Source of the DNA: Bigelowiella natans CCMP2755
Lineage: Eukaryota; Protista; Cercozoa
Direction of reading: 5' to 3'
Length of the DNA stretch: 64,000 nt
Assembly: GCA_000320545.1 (NCBI GenBank)
Contig: ADNK01000035.1
Location: 66,299-130,298, forward strand
Below the pieces are notes generated by a model. It made no database searches and was not told the origin of the DNA. It saw only the letters and a list, made by a program, of their open reading frames with translations. This document shows, piece after piece, positions 1-17,578 of this stretch. How positions within the stretch are numbered: the first letter of the stretch is position 1; the number at the start of each line of letters is the position of its first letter. The position numbers and the translations under genes were made by a program.

Positions 1-830
1 TGGAGTTTGCTGGGCTTCACTTTGGGCATGCCAACAAGTTGCGGTGCTTCCGGCGCTTGTTGGTGGGACACCAGTTGCACGACAGGTTCATCGCGCCACT
101 TGACGGATTTCGTCAATTTTCAATCCTTGTTGAAATTCATTCAGCTCGAGGCACTGCGTTTCGCACTTTGCAAGCTCCAGAGTTGGCACGTTGCAATGAG
201 CACAAAGCCCAATTGACAAAGCCAGAAAGCCCCAGAGCCAGAAGTGTCGCACCACACTTTGGAAGTGCAGTCAGCCGCGAACGACACCTTCCCTGACGTG
301 AAGCCAGCAAAACTGGAGGCGAAGGAGTCGATGAAGGCTGCGTGCCAGCTAGAAGGGATCGAGTTGCCGTCAATCTGCAATTGTGTCGTCTGCACTCTAG
401 CACCACAATGACAAATTTGATGCCCCTCCCCGCCATGGTCCGCTCTGTCTAGCTCGCTCGATCAAGCGGTGATTGGACAATTGTTGTGCGCAATCCTGGC
501 GGTGCACGTACGCGTGCAGCGATGAGCGCGACAAGCTAGCAGGGTAGCCGGCGCAGCGCAGAGAGGGCTAGAGGGGAGAGGATGAGGTGTGTCCTTGCTA
601 GCTTGGTTGGACACGTGGACACGTTCATGGGCATGCTACATGCAATCACTATCTCTAGATCTATGTAATGCATTTTTGCAAAAGTTCCCATGCATGCCAT
701 GTCTCTTGAACCTAATCTAGATGCATGATGACCTAATTCGTCATGTCATCAGAATGTGTAAAAATACATGTGCATGCACTTAAATCGGGTTTGGTTAAGC
801 TACAAGCGACAACGTTCACATGAGTCTTTT
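1..830. other. TpA-depleted, CTAG-retaining segment; probable eroded repeat/TE relic grading into a 3' spacer
   Basis: Manual count: 0 TA dinucleotides in 1-349. In 1-601 there are 8 TA, 6 of them in CTAG. None of the four ORFs listed here contains Tyr. GC is higher than in flanking genes. The segment lies downstream of the 3' end of the gene ending at 908. Confidence 0.75.
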
Positions 831-907
831 AATCCTCATTACTGATGTCCTTCATAACTTGTTGATAATAAGTGATAATTTTTTTCGTACCAGTAATATA
901 TCTGAAA

Positions 908-3088
908 TCATGTGCTGTCATTAATTTCAATTTTCGATTCTGGGATGTGCTTCTTTATTGCTATCATCCAATCAACAAGCTCCTCCTCCGACTCCGCTTT
1001 GTAGTAGTGCCTGGTTTCAAAAATAATAATTACATTCCAAAGAATCACTATAACCACTGTATTACCTAGTTGCTCCTCCTACTACAGAAAAAATTCCTCT
1101 GCTGGGTTCCACAATTTCAAAAGCACACCTGCCAATCGAAGTAAGGTAAGAAAATGTTGAGACAATGATGGATGATTGTACTTACGCATCTTCCTTGGGG
1201 GCTAAGTTGACTTGACAATCTCGGAGACATATGGTGACCTCTGGCTGAACAGCATTTTTACTGTCGAACTGATGAAAGAAACCGGACCTGCTCAAAACTA
1301 CATGCGACTTTTTCCATGTAGTTTTCAAAAATTTTCCTTGACGGTACAAAACACTCTGGCGTTGGCATTCTTGCGCATATAATCGAGACAGAGTTTTCGG
1401 ATCTCGATGGGGGGGTTGTATTTCGAATACGTTATCTGCATGTAATGCTGCTGCACGTTTGCCTTTCGAATCAGAAGGAGCGACAATAAGATCTGCCTGG
1501 CGGATGAATTCATTCACATCCGTCTCGCGATCGATACCCTTCACCGCATCGATTGCAGACTCAGTGAACTTGATGCCATCCTGTTCAGATGGAACATCTC
1601 AGGAAATGTGCAGTAAATGAATGAATTAAACGAAGACCTCAAACATGGCTTTCTGCGCCAGTAGGTAATCGAGAATAATCGACTGGGTCTTATCAATTCT
1701 TCTCCCATCTTCAACCTTAAAGTCTCTAAATAGTCTTGTCATTTCCTTCCTATATTGCATCTCCTGTTTTCTGAGGTTCGCGACATCTCGGTCGTACAAC
1801 CTACATGCCACGAAAGGATCCCGCGTTACATGCTTATCAGCTAACTCTAATCGCTGCCGTTCCTGCACAGCTTTCGCATATGCCACCCACGAATCCATGC
1901 ATTTACTCCGGGCAGTTTTGATCACTTTCGACAGTCGTTTACCACTCTGCAAAATAAATTGGAGCTCAATATGGTACTATTCCGGTTATCGCTAAGTCTT
2001 TGCTTACCGCTTCTAACTGTTTGGAATTAACGAACATATTTTTCGTGAGATCAGATGCCTCTCGTCCCGTATCCGTAAGAATTCGCTCCCTCATTTCGGA
2101 GTAATGATCTGCCATTGATTTTGAGAGGATCCCCTGAAAAAAGAGTAGGTCTATGGTATCTACCGGGGAACGCGTGACTGGTATTTTTCACCTGTGCTAT
2201 ACATGCTTGGCGAAGTGTCCCTGTCTCTTCTCCCCCATAAGGTGTAAGGTTTCGATATCCCTAGGCAGTATGTCAACATTACTTCTCATTCAAGCAGTTT
2301 CTACTATGAAGACTCGAATAAATTAAAATTTCACCTGAGCAAGATTCAGCATAGTCTTGTTCCACTTGGTTATAAACTGTTGAAGTTCGTCGGATGTTTT
2401 CTTCGCTAGATTTTGTCGCTTGACCATGAGTTTGAAACGATCTTCTTGCTTCTTCCAGAAGGCATCCTCTGAATACGAAATGTTAGAAATCTTAAAATGA
2501 CACTGGAAGTATGGCAATACCTTTTTCCATCATCATCAAAATATTCTGCTGTTCCTTGTTAATTGCGGCCCTCCGAGTCGCTTGTTCTTGCAGAACACGA
2601 TTTTTTTCCTCAGCAATATAATTAGCATTCTCTTCGAAAGATGACAAAATCTCCTTCTTTGTTCCGCGTTTTGTGTCGCTTGAGTCTTGTATAGCTATCC
2701 TATAATCCTCATGGGTTTTCTTCGTATCCAAATCGATACCGCTTTCTATATCCAAATGGTCTACAGTATTATTGCTTCGGTTATTTTCATCTCCGACTGT
2801 GCTTCCGCTCTCATCAGATTTTCGGGGTCGACTGCTACTAGATTGTGCATTGTCTTGCGCCTCAACTGCTGCAATTTTCTGCATGAAGTGCTTGCGACCG
2901 ATAGTGTGAGGTATTTGGTTGTGTAAATCCCTTTCCAAGGGAGATCGATATTGCACTGATTCTTCTTTTAAATTAGCACTTTCCTCAAAGCTTGTACTTG
3001 AACTTGTGAGCGTCTCTGCCGCTGCCGATTTTTGTACCGCAAAAGAACTTCGAGTGTGATCGGCGTGATTAGGAAGCACCACTGACAT
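908..3088 (-). CDS. BAR-like coiled-coil + C-terminal PH domain protein (Slm1-like architecture), multi-exon
   Basis: ORFs 2492-3088, 2323-2517, 1626-1952 and 1182-1544 join through short GT-AG introns (e.g. 2520-2469). A helical BAR-like region is followed by PH motifs: LYRQGKFLKTTWKKSHVVLSRSGFFHQF, CAFEIV and YYKAESEEELVDWMIAI. TGA at 910-908. Confidence 0.8.
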
Positions 3089-4977
3089 AGGGTCAATATT
3101 AAATCTACTTCCTACCTTACTCTGGATTTTAGGCTACAAAGACCAAAATCCGAGAGCAGACTTGGTTCTTATTCTTGGAAACCAATAGGTAACGAAGTTG
3201 GTTTTAGTTTCTACACACCAAATTCTCCCATTCCCCCGCCCGATTTGTGGGCTTGCTGCTTCTGGGGCTAGTCCACGCCTTTAGCTAACCGCTTTCCTTT
3301 CCTGTATCTTTCCAGTGAACACGTACGAGAATTTTTTTGGCGAAATGATTTGCTGCTATTTCTAAAAACTAAAGTTGTTTGAAAGGGGGCAACTAAATCC
3401 CTGGCAGCAAGAGAATAATAGCTTAGCGAGCACCGGAGGCATTAAGTGCTTTAAGAGATATATTTTACTCTTCAAAACCGACTAAATTCTAAAAATTGAT
3501 CCTTTATAAACTTTATTTCATAATTCTTTTTGTCGTAGATATATTTTATATCCCGATTTAAATTATCAATTTCGTATAGTCAACACAACACGTCTGGCTC
3601 TTAGAGAAAGTATAAGTTAGTCCGCAAATTCTTCGTAGCTCAAGATAATTTGGCAATTTTAGTGAATCTAGCCTATAAATTAGTAGTAATATGATTGAAT
3701 TTGAAAGAAATACAAGGACTTTTAATTCTCTTAAATCTGAAAGTTCCTTCGAAGTTCTGCCTTTGTTTTATTTAAAACATGGAGATTCACGTCTGTAAGT
3801 TGTACTGACCAAACATGGAGGCTATAATTTCCATCTTAATTACTTTTTATTTGTCGCAAATAATTATGCTCAAAGAATGGGTTACAGTTCAATCTGTTTT
3901 TCATCTCGTATTTGTCAAATTAATCTGTATTAGTATAGGTTTGAATTATCTGGGGTTCATTGGTTACGACATAATCTGTGAGAACGTTGGATTTTTCCCG
4001 ATACGACTCGTATCCAACAAAACAGATTCTGTCGCTCCTATGGAAGCGAAGAGCGAAGTAGGAAAATACACAAGAGACGTAGCATTGTTATTTCATGGAA
4101 GCAACACATTTCCCCTGGCTAGCAAGCTAGGCCCTAAAGTCTTGTAGATCTTGTCAGTTATCTTCCGAAGTCATAGGTTTAATTTTCATTGGTCATTTTG
4201 GTTGGTTTTTATCCTAGATCTAGATCTAATGAATGTGTAGTGGAACAAGTTGCGTGACCCCAACAAACACGAGTACAGCCCGACAGAAGATTTAAGCAAC
4301 AACACAAACGACAAAAATGTCCAGATTAGCAGTCTATTTTTAGAACATGCCTCATACCGAGAAAGATTATTGGGGGAAACACAGGCCGTTAAACAGGATT
4401 GGACACTGTGAAACCATTCGTAACATCCAGCCAACAAATCGACTTGTTTCAAAGAACACCACGATTTAACCTACACAAACACATATTAAATTAGCATTGC
4501 AATAGGTCCAAATGTAAAAATGTAAACATGGCAAATTAATGGGATAATTACAATTACTACTATCACATCATCATCATCATCATCGTCATCATCAACATAG
4601 TTCTGATATTATTATTTATTACACGATAGTTCTGGTAGTAAAAGTAAGCAAATAAACACTGTAAATTCATTCACTCATTCATTTCATAATTCTGATAGAA
4701 GAGGACTAAAGAGAAGACATGTGCTCATAGCGCACACTGAAGGTCCCTCGAGCTCATTTTGCTATGTACAGACTCTTCTACTGCACAATATGCGACCAAG
4801 GCCTATGTTAACAATGCCACAGTCGGGGAACTGTGTCCATTTGTTTCAAACTTGTTTCGAACATCATTTCTGGGAATGAATTTGCTTCGAGGCGAAGGAT
4901 TATAGCCAACGATTTTGGGAATCGCATTGTGATGCACTGTGCTAACTTACAAAGATAGCAAATGACAGTGCTAGGCC

Positions 4978-5013
<36 letters not shown>

Positions 5014-5676
5014 CACCCGCTGTGGTAGTTAGGGTAGAAGAGAATTGTACTTGCTCTAGCTTTTACATCAATTGCAGTGTATCTCCTTATCTCTATGTTG
5101 AGGATCGTAACGTCAATCTCTTGCAGAATCTCATTGCGTCGTTATCGTTCATGACCCGTGGTCCTCAGCTGGTGTAGCGCCAACTTTCAAGGTATTTATG
5201 TATTTTTCTTCTCTCCATTTGATCAATTTGAAGGCCCGTTATGAGATCATAGGAATTCAGAAAATTTTAAGAAATAACCCATATTTTGCCACCTTTGTTA
5301 TTCTTTCTTAGACGGCACAGTTGGTGGAAATCAATATTAGGGGGCTTTTCATGATTCAGCGCTGATTTAAATCTTTCCTCTACTGTTCAGTGTTAAAAAG
5401 GGCATTGACGCTATCATTTTTGTAACTACTGTCACAACACAGTGACAAAGGGAAGGAAAAGCGGAACCCAGGGCAGCTCTATTTCCTCAGACTCCTACCA
5501 AAAAACGAGTCCTCCCTACGCATTTCCTACCGCACTGGCCACGGTCGGAGCGTCAAAACTCTTCCCCAGCCCAAGTTAATAGACTTAATCAACACTCCAC
5601 ATCTTCACAAGCGTCAGTACCTGTCGCCGCTAACGGGGCGTATTCACATGTTAGAGACGAGAAACATAGGCTCGTA

Positions 5677-8499
5677 ATGAATATGTTACGGCAACAAACA
5701 CTGTTTCATTCGGTAGGAGCTGCGGTCGGGTTTTCGATCCTTCTCACTACTTTAATCGGTCTGCCACGCAACTATATCAACTTACGCTTATCGATAAGCT
5801 GGTACTATCTTCTCAACTGGCTTATCCTCATCAACTACAAGGCACGTCAGTTTGCTCCAAGAAGGCTGATTGCTTGGCTAAGCCACGAGCACAAGTGGAT
5901 CGTCCCCGAGTTTATACGTCTCTTACTGACATTAGCAGGGTTTGGGTGGGGAACATGGTCTGTTACCTGGGTTGTGCCCCATGAGGCACTTTCCCCGACA
6001 AACACCAAAGCTATAACTACCATTATTCTGGTCCTTGCATGCGGTGGGGTGGCGTGGAGACGGTTTCGACGCATAAACAACTTGGTCTTGCTACGATCTT
6101 TGAGGATTATAAGCGTGATCTTGTTGGTGTGGACTGGTGCGCTATGGTTTGAAAGTTTCTTCAACTTCTCGGGAAATATCATGTGGCTGATGAGCCCCCC
6201 AAATACAAATCTAAAGGTGACTAGCGTATTATCGACGTAATGTATGAAAATTAAAGGAAGAATTGTGATGATAACCTATTCATGCTAACATTAGTTTATC
6301 GCATCGGCGAAAAAACACGAGAACTAAAATCCAATAATATTGAAGGTTTGTGCTGTGTACGTCGCCACTTTTGACGAGTCGCCAAGAATGGCAGATCTAG
6401 TGCCAGCCATGAGGGAACACGTTAGGAGGCAGCTAGAAGGTGCAGAATGGTTCGTCTATAACGGTACAAAGGTCTGAACAATATCGCAATTTATTTAAAA
6501 TATTCGTAAAATATGGCGGAAAACCATGAAGATTCCATGTTATGGTCTTAAGAGACCTTTCGTAAAACTAATATGGTTCGATTTCATTGAAGTATTCAAA
6601 TCACCAAAACGCAAATATGTTTTAGAGCAAATTTAATCATGTCCTTTTTTTTGTCTTTAATTGTCTCATTTGTGCGTGCGCTTTAGAGCAACATATAATA
6701 ACAACTTGTCGCCTTTCGACTTTTAAAAACTCAGATGCCGAGGACACTGGACAAAGACACGTCTGATCCAATCATAATTGACCTCATCAATAAGGCAATA
6801 ATAAAAGATATCGTCATTTTATCCTTACGCTGACGATACACATGACATTATTTTAGAAATTTTAGTTACTAGATAAATGTAATAATAACACTAAAGAATA
6901 ATATCATAGCCTCTGATTTGGCCAATTACGTAGGGTTACATCTCTAGCGATGCATTTGAGCATGCATCATGCGGGAGGAAAGGGAAGCAGCGGTGCTTGC
7001 AGGTGTTGGATTAATCATGACCATATCATTAGACCAATGTTTGAAAAATACTTGTTCTTAATTAACTACAACAATAACTACTACTACTTTGATAATTTTG
7101 TAGTCGTCGGTTGACTGACTGGTTGACCTTGAACTACTCTTCTTTTACCTTATTATAGTTTTCATTGACTGATTATGATTGCGGATTGTTTCGTTCAGCC
7201 AAATATTCGATTTGATAAACGGGTCCCAAATCTTGGTGCAGCTATGGGGCATATTCATATTTTGGAAGTATGTACGAACCATAAAGACGAAGAAAAGCCC
7301 TAATAATAATGATAAAAGTGACTAAATCATCAATATCTGTACTTTCAAGGGTTTCAACTTATTTAAAAATATCGTCGTTGTTGTTTTCTTTCTTTCTCTC
7401 ATTTTATCAATCAAACAGCGGTTTGTGAAAGACCACGTTGATGACAGGAGATGCGTGGCCCTAGTTTTGGAGGTGAATAGAATGCACGAATGCTGCATTT
7501 TCTACGAGAATCTTTTCTTCTTCCTCACACGTCTCTTTTTGATGTAATTGATGATTATAGGATGATGCAATCTTGAAGAAAGGTTTCGCTGCCACACTAT
7601 CAACGGAACTGTCTACCATCCCGTCTGGATGGGACATTGTTTCCCTAGAAGGCTCAAATAAGGTAGTACGAAGAAGAAGGAGAAGGACGAGGCGGCAATA
7701 TCGTCGACGTCTAACAACACAACAAACGCATCTTGAACGCATTAGCACGCCATGACAAAGAGCATCCTTTTTTGTTCGTGAAAAGATGGAGAAGTAATGA
7801 AGAAGACGAGGAGAACTTTACATCATTAGATATCTCTTAAGTGTACAATTAATTCCCCCCTATCCATTCATTCATTCATTTATTCACCAAATCACATTAT
7901 TGCCTTCGATCCAGGCTTGCACATGGGGAGTATGGCAAAGCGAGGGACTGAACCTCTGGCATCCAATGAAGTTATCGGAACACTACAATTATATGCCTCC
8001 AACCTCTTGGGCTGGCGTGTACACAGGTCGAAGATAATTGGAAAAGTTACATTAGTGGACAGAAAAATATCCTTGACTATTATTATTCTGCTAATCAGGT
8101 GGTTACCTTGTTACAACTATGGGAGCAATGCGGATTCTCAATAAATTACCGGTCCTTAATTCTATAACTACTGCTTAGTATGCATACGTAGCAATGATCT
8201 TCACCATTGATCATCCTCATCATGTTGATCTATTATTATCCTCAGTTGACTTCTAACATCGACACATGGATCAATGCGTTGGCCTTCTACAATTACATAT
8301 CTCTTTATGTGCGTTGCCCAGGTAATAATTGATAGTTTTTATAGAGTATATTTTGATTGTGTATCTTGCAGTTGCAGCAGCGCAGCATGGAGTACTACTA
8401 TTTCCTAGTGTAATGGACAGAAACCAAGTTACAACTGTACTATTCTCAATGCTTGATTTATTTGTCTCGTTACAAGTCAAAATACAAGCAGCAGCCTGA
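5677..8499 (+). CDS. Glycosyltransferase family 25-like protein with N-terminal multi-pass membrane region, multi-exon (3' end may extend to ~8613)
   Basis: Exon 1 encodes several hydrophobic helices. Spliced downstream exons give GAAMGHIHIWK...VALVLE|DDAILK...IPSGWDIVSL...GGYLVTTMGAMRILNKLP|LTSNIDTW, matching the GT25 pattern (xxxxxHxxxW, LEDD, WD, GYxxxxxGAxxxL, xD). Confidence 0.75.
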
Positions 8500-8679
8500 A
8501 ATTTTATATCGCCGTCAACACCATCCATCCCCACCAACCACCGTCTGTCAAATAGGATTGGTGACTCAAGGATCAGCAATGGAAGGGATGCAAATTCCGT
8601 CACTCACAGCTGAGTAGAAGCTTTTGAACACCCACAACACCTACCACACCTATCACATTATTCATTCAATTAAATGCAT

Positions 8680-10170
8680 CATTTGAGCACGTTACTAATA
8701 CATGTCACATCGTTTTGCTCAGAGCGGGTCCAAAATATGACAAGGGTGTGTGGCGTGCATTACTTGAGACGCCTCCTGGAAGCACTCCGGTACCCAAGGA
8801 ATCAATTGTACCTTCACCAACTCATAGCAGGGAATAGAAAATAAACTGATCAACATCCTAAAATGAGATTAGTAGAAATTAGTGTGAATTTTATTGGAAA
8901 CCATTTTAGCTTCCACAATTTGCGTACCACGCCTGAATACACCAGCGTTCTTTATTTGATACGCATGCCATCGTTGGCGCAATTGCAGAACATGGTTTTT
9001 AAACTTACAGATCTGCAATGCAATTAATATTTATATTAGCCATGATGATCCACAAGTATACAATTGCGAATATTTTATCGGTCATGCATTGGCGGTGTAT
9101 GATGTAAATATTTTCTACATCTAACAAAGAAAGCTGCAAATAACGTTGCATCGTAAATTTGACGAAATGTTTGTGGTGATTCAAAAGGATAGCTTTGTTC
9201 CAAACAAAATTTGGCTGCTAGCATGCAATCTAGCAATGTTCCGAAAATTCTGCATCAGCACGCTAGCATGTATATTCGATTCTGAGATGCTCGTCAGCAC
9301 GATGAGCTAGTTGTGTTGCCTTATAGCCATGTGCACATTGAGATGACAATTCTAGAATTTTTAATAGATGTATGTAACATCTCATATACATTCATTCTAT
9401 CACGTATGGTATCGTACTAGCACACAACATGTGTGTTACATTACTTTATGTCATGTGCCATATCTCATACATGTGTTGTGTGCACAACACATGTGCAACA
9501 TCACTTGTCAAGCTACAAGCAATGTTTGACAGTGCACTATCTACTCGCAGTGTCATCGCTGCCAAAAATCTACACCGCTAGACCGTCTTTCCGCGCATGC
9601 GGCCAAATGCAATCATCGAAATGTGATTTCAACTACCAATCTAGCAATCTCTAGATCTGTATCCGCAAGTCTAGAAGTGCTGGCGGAGCAGACACACACT
9701 AGCACAGAGCTACCATCGAAACTAGTAAAATTTGAACATTGTGCCCTCGTGCTAGCGCAACACTTTTAACAATCGAATCTAGGAATGATATAAAGTTTGC
9801 ATGGCGCCGCTCATTATCATTAGTTACAGTGCGGAATCGTGTGCGCCTGATTTAGCTTTTCGCTGGCAAGCTAGCTAGCTGGTGCACAACATGGTTGGCA
9901 TGCGCTCAACAATGTGATGTTCGAGGCTGCGGTTGGCGCAATATTGCGAGATGTGTTAACTATGTGCACACGATAGATCACACGTTTTTCGAGAGCTGTT
10001 ACTGTACGATATAAAAATTCGATTCCGAGGAACAGGATATATTCTCCGTGTGTGCACAGCAAACTATGGACACAATCGCGGATGCAGCCATGGATCAGTG
10101 CGCAGCAACTTACTCGCACATAGAAAACAAGCGAAGCAATTTCAGTTTGTATATAGATAACGATTACTGT
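8680..10170. repeat. Tail-to-tail intergenic spacer, CTAG/CATG/TGCA-rich and TpA-eroded
   Basis: Lies between the convergent GT25 (+) and GluRS (-) 3' ends. Remaining TAs in the core (~9500-9950) are mostly in CTA/TAG. Contains GCTAGCTAGCT at ~9870 and ATCTCTAGATCTGT at 9647. Confidence 0.7.
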
Positions 10171-10171
10171 T

Positions 10172-13887
<3,716 letters not shown>

Positions 13888-14296
13888 GAGATAGATACGT
13901 GGGGGGTATGTGTATATATCTGTACTCTTCTGTGCTCCTCGTCGTCGCTACCACACCACAAGAGCTGCTTTATCGCAGAGGATATCACCATGTACGACAA
14001 CTTCAAATTCATGTCGTATCTGTATGAATTACCTTCATTCTTTCGGACAATGCCCACACCAATAACAACAACAATAACAACAACTACAGTTAGTTCTAGT
14101 CTGCATTCCTACACATATTATTCGGTATTATTCACCGAGGTGATTGTTATAGTGGATGTTAGTCACAAATTTTGCTATGTTTTGCCATGCAAGTTTTGAC
14201 TTTCGCAATGTCCGTTATAAGACAACATCCACTATGAAAATCACTTCGGTGTAACAACATAGCTGGGAAGTCAAGGGCGCGAAAAGAATAACTAGA

Positions 14297-14297
14297 T

Positions 14298-14330
<33 letters not shown>

Positions 14331-14337
14331 AACAACT

Positions 14338-14377
<40 letters not shown>

Positions 14378-14447
14378 CTACAACAACAACAACAACTACA
14401 ACAACTACAACAACAACAACAACAACTACAACAACTACAACAACACG
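14297..14447. repeat. Compound microsatellite (AACT)n followed by (ACA)n with ACT variants, in the divergent promoter
   Basis: Directly visible tandem repeats. They give rise to the spurious poly-Val ORF 14322-14561. Confidence 0.95.
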
Positions 14448-14559
14448 TTGAACGAAGGAATAGATACACAACAATACACACACACACCTACAAACTGTAC
14501 ACGAGTAGTAGAAACGAACAAACAAACAAAGGAAGGGGGGAGCTAAGAACTTATTATAC

Positions 14560-17542
14560 ATGAGCTGGAATTGCAGCGCATGTACCTACATCAATACAGC
14601 GACGGCTGTTCGATGTGAAATGTGTGGCGCTAACAAACCTGTGCTACCAACATTAACCAATCGTGCACCGGGATCAACAGGGTGAGTGGTTCGACATAGT
14701 AGCTGGGAAGGAAATAAATCTCATGGAAATGTTGCTCTGTATGTCTCGTGTTGTCTGCACCCTCATAAAGCAAATAAAACTATTTTGTATCGATTAGAAT
14801 CGCGTTAAATCATTGTTATTTGCAGTGTTGCTCCTGGAGGCTCCTCATCGAAGTCCAGAGCAGCAGCAGTAACAACTGCTAACAAAGGAAAGAAGGATCG
14901 CCCACCTATTCGACCCGTGCCACCGATTAAGAATGAACTCCTCGTTGTAGTTCGATGTAGAAACTTGGCCAAGGGAACCAATCCTCAAATAAAAATCCAA
15001 CAGCAGGGGAAAACCATTGCAAAGACGGAGCCTATCAAAAAGACTACCGATCCTTCTTTCCCTTATATATCAATTGATGTGGGACGAATTAACAAGGTAG
15101 TAGTAGATCTGACGTCTACATGAGGTCCACAAATCAGCAAGAAGAAGTATAATAAGCTGTATTGTTATACTTGTGCAGGCCGATAGGTTATCCTTCTGCT
15201 TGATAAACAATAAAGGGTTGATGGGATCGAAGAAGATGGGGGAAACGAAGGTCTCCTTTCGATCCCTGCAGAACATGTAACTAAAACAAATACCACCAAT
15301 TAATATATTCCGTTTGTAAAATGAGCGTACGAACTCAGGTTTCCAAGTCGCGATTACGCTCTGTATCTTAAAGATCATGAGGGGAAGGATATTAAACCTG
15401 CACAGTGCTTTTTTAGAAGGTATGAAATAGTAAATTTATCTACATCGCCAATCACATCGAATAGCTTATATTAAAGAGAGTTGTGCAGCCTCTGAACGTT
15501 GTTATGATCACCACCTATTATCATTAGGGTTCTACGGAAATCTGAGCAGAAGGAATACGACTTGAGGCTGAATGAGTTTCGTAAGTATCGTGATAGGTAT
15601 ACTACCTCTCTTCCATATCCCTCTTAAATGAAATAAAGCGGAATAATAAGTACAACGAGACTGATGAATCATAACTATCATTATTGGCATTATTAGCATC
15701 AACATTACCATCGTTCATCATATCATCTAGTGACAGAAAATGATACGACGTTTGGTTATCAGGTATAATAAAAAGAAAAAAAGAGAACAAGAAGAAGCTG
15801 CGAAGGTAGCACAAAATGCAGCAGCAGTTGTCACAAATAATGCCTTGGAGGATGTAGATGTTGCAAGTCCTACGCAGCAGCAGCCTCAACTGCCACCCTC
15901 ACAACATCTCTTGCACTCGTCACGCGATCATCCAGAAAAATCCACAAAAGTTACTGCAAGTAGTACCGCTGCTGTTGGTAATGATACTATTGCCAATAAA
16001 GCGGAGTTGAAGCTGAATGGTGCTGCATCTGAAAATGTTGGTGCTGCCTCAAAAAATACACTACTTCCACGTGAAATGAGTCGTCCACAAACTCCAGAAC
16101 AGCAAGCTGCTGGTGTTGGGGAAAGAGCGGATGATCATCACCAGCACAATAGTAATCCGGCCAACCAGCCTCCTCAGCCTCCTGGTGGTGTTCCTGGTAG
16201 CGATCTTATCAGCAGCGGGAATATGATGACTACTCCAGCTAAAGAGGTTGTAGTGGTAGTGTTAGTTGTTGTTGTTGTTGTGTTTAAGTAGTAGATACAT
16301 TAGCAGCGTAAATTAATAGTAGTGGTTTTAGTTAATATATGTTAATTGCGTGAATTAATAGCAGTGGTTGTAGTTGTTATCTATCATGGTGGTGGTCAAG
16401 GTAGTGGTAGTAGCAATAGTAGTAGTAGTAGTAGTAGTAGTAGCTGATTGTTACGATCGGTAGTAGCAGCACTCAAAATTACGTGTTTTCGTAGCATTTA
16501 ATTTTGAGTCATATTTCTCATGCACGTGCATACGTGTCTGGATTTGATGATATCGATAGTCCAAGAAGAAAACTAAGCGCAAGAAGAAGAAGAAGCGAGG
16601 CTCCTGCAAGAAGAAGAATGCTGGCGCAAAGGGTGGAGGTGTTGATTTCAACTTTGATGATGATGGCGATGATGGGTTCGGTGGAGATCCGTTTGCTTCT
16701 GCTGGTGCTTCCACAAATAATCCTGGTAATCCTAGCAAAATAAATCAACATGCTGCTGCTGCTGGTGCTGCCCCTGACTTTGGCGAAGATCCATTCGGAG
16801 AAGGAGGAGGAGGAGGAGGAGGAGAAAGAAATCCACCCGCGAGAAGTGCTGCCAACAATGACGATGGGCTGTTTGACGGATTTAGTGAAGATCCGTTCTC
16901 TTCTCATGCTCCTGCAGCAGCAGCAGTAGCAGCAACAGCAGGATTAGCTACTAATCCTGCTGTTGATGGATTTGATGACGGCAATGCTTTTGGTACCGAT
17001 GATGACCCCTTCGGTGTTAGCGAAGCTTCACCACCTACTACAGCAGGTGCTGAAAACAAGTTACAGGAAGAATTAAAGAAGAAGAAAAAGAATAAGTCTG
17101 CGCCACCCCCAATGCCAACCCAACCAACGCCACTGCCTCCTCCTGCAAGGAAGCAGCAGAAAAAGAAGGAGAAGGAGGAAGAAGAAAAGAAGAAAGGTCC
17201 CCGTGCAAACAAAACCAGTGCAACGGGGGGACCACGTATGCCCCCCAGGATGCCGTCCAAGCCCCCCCCACCCATTGCTACTTTGCAACCAAAGAAGAAA
17301 ATTGGAAACAGCGGTATTGTTTCACCTCAATCAATAATAGTGTATCCACGCTTTGATCTTGTCGTCGTCATCTTTTTCTCGTTTTTCTGACTTATGTAAC
17401 TTAAATATTCTAGTCCAGGCAAAAACTAGTTAGCATAGGATTAGGCATCATGAGGATCATTATTTTCCATTCCTCCTGTGATTCTTTATCTTATGATTCT
17501 CGTATGATTATGAGGTGACTTTCTCTTCTCCTCCTACCCCTG

Positions 17543-17578
<36 letters not shown>

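Noticed and set aside
3690-5400. Possible small gene(s) between the BAR-PH and GT25 genes (ORF 3815-4147 +, ORF 4186-4452 -)
   Set aside because: Several mutually incompatible splice models on both strands and no recognisable motif. It cannot be called without transcripts.
5150-5460. tRNA/snRNA-like hairpins (e.g. TGTCAC-n6-GTGACA near 5430)
   Set aside because: No cloverleaf, T-loop consensus or recognisable snRNA sequence.
6795-6796. Possible GC-AG donors (here, ~38446 and ~49089)
   Set aside because: For the first two sites, in-phase GT donors exist a few codons downstream, so GC usage cannot be shown from sequence alone. The third lies in a poorly resolved exon chain.
14322-14561. Poly-Val ORF, and similar poly-Ile/Tyr/RE/CV ORFs throughout the window
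   Set aside because: These are translations of microsatellites in introns or intergenic DNA.
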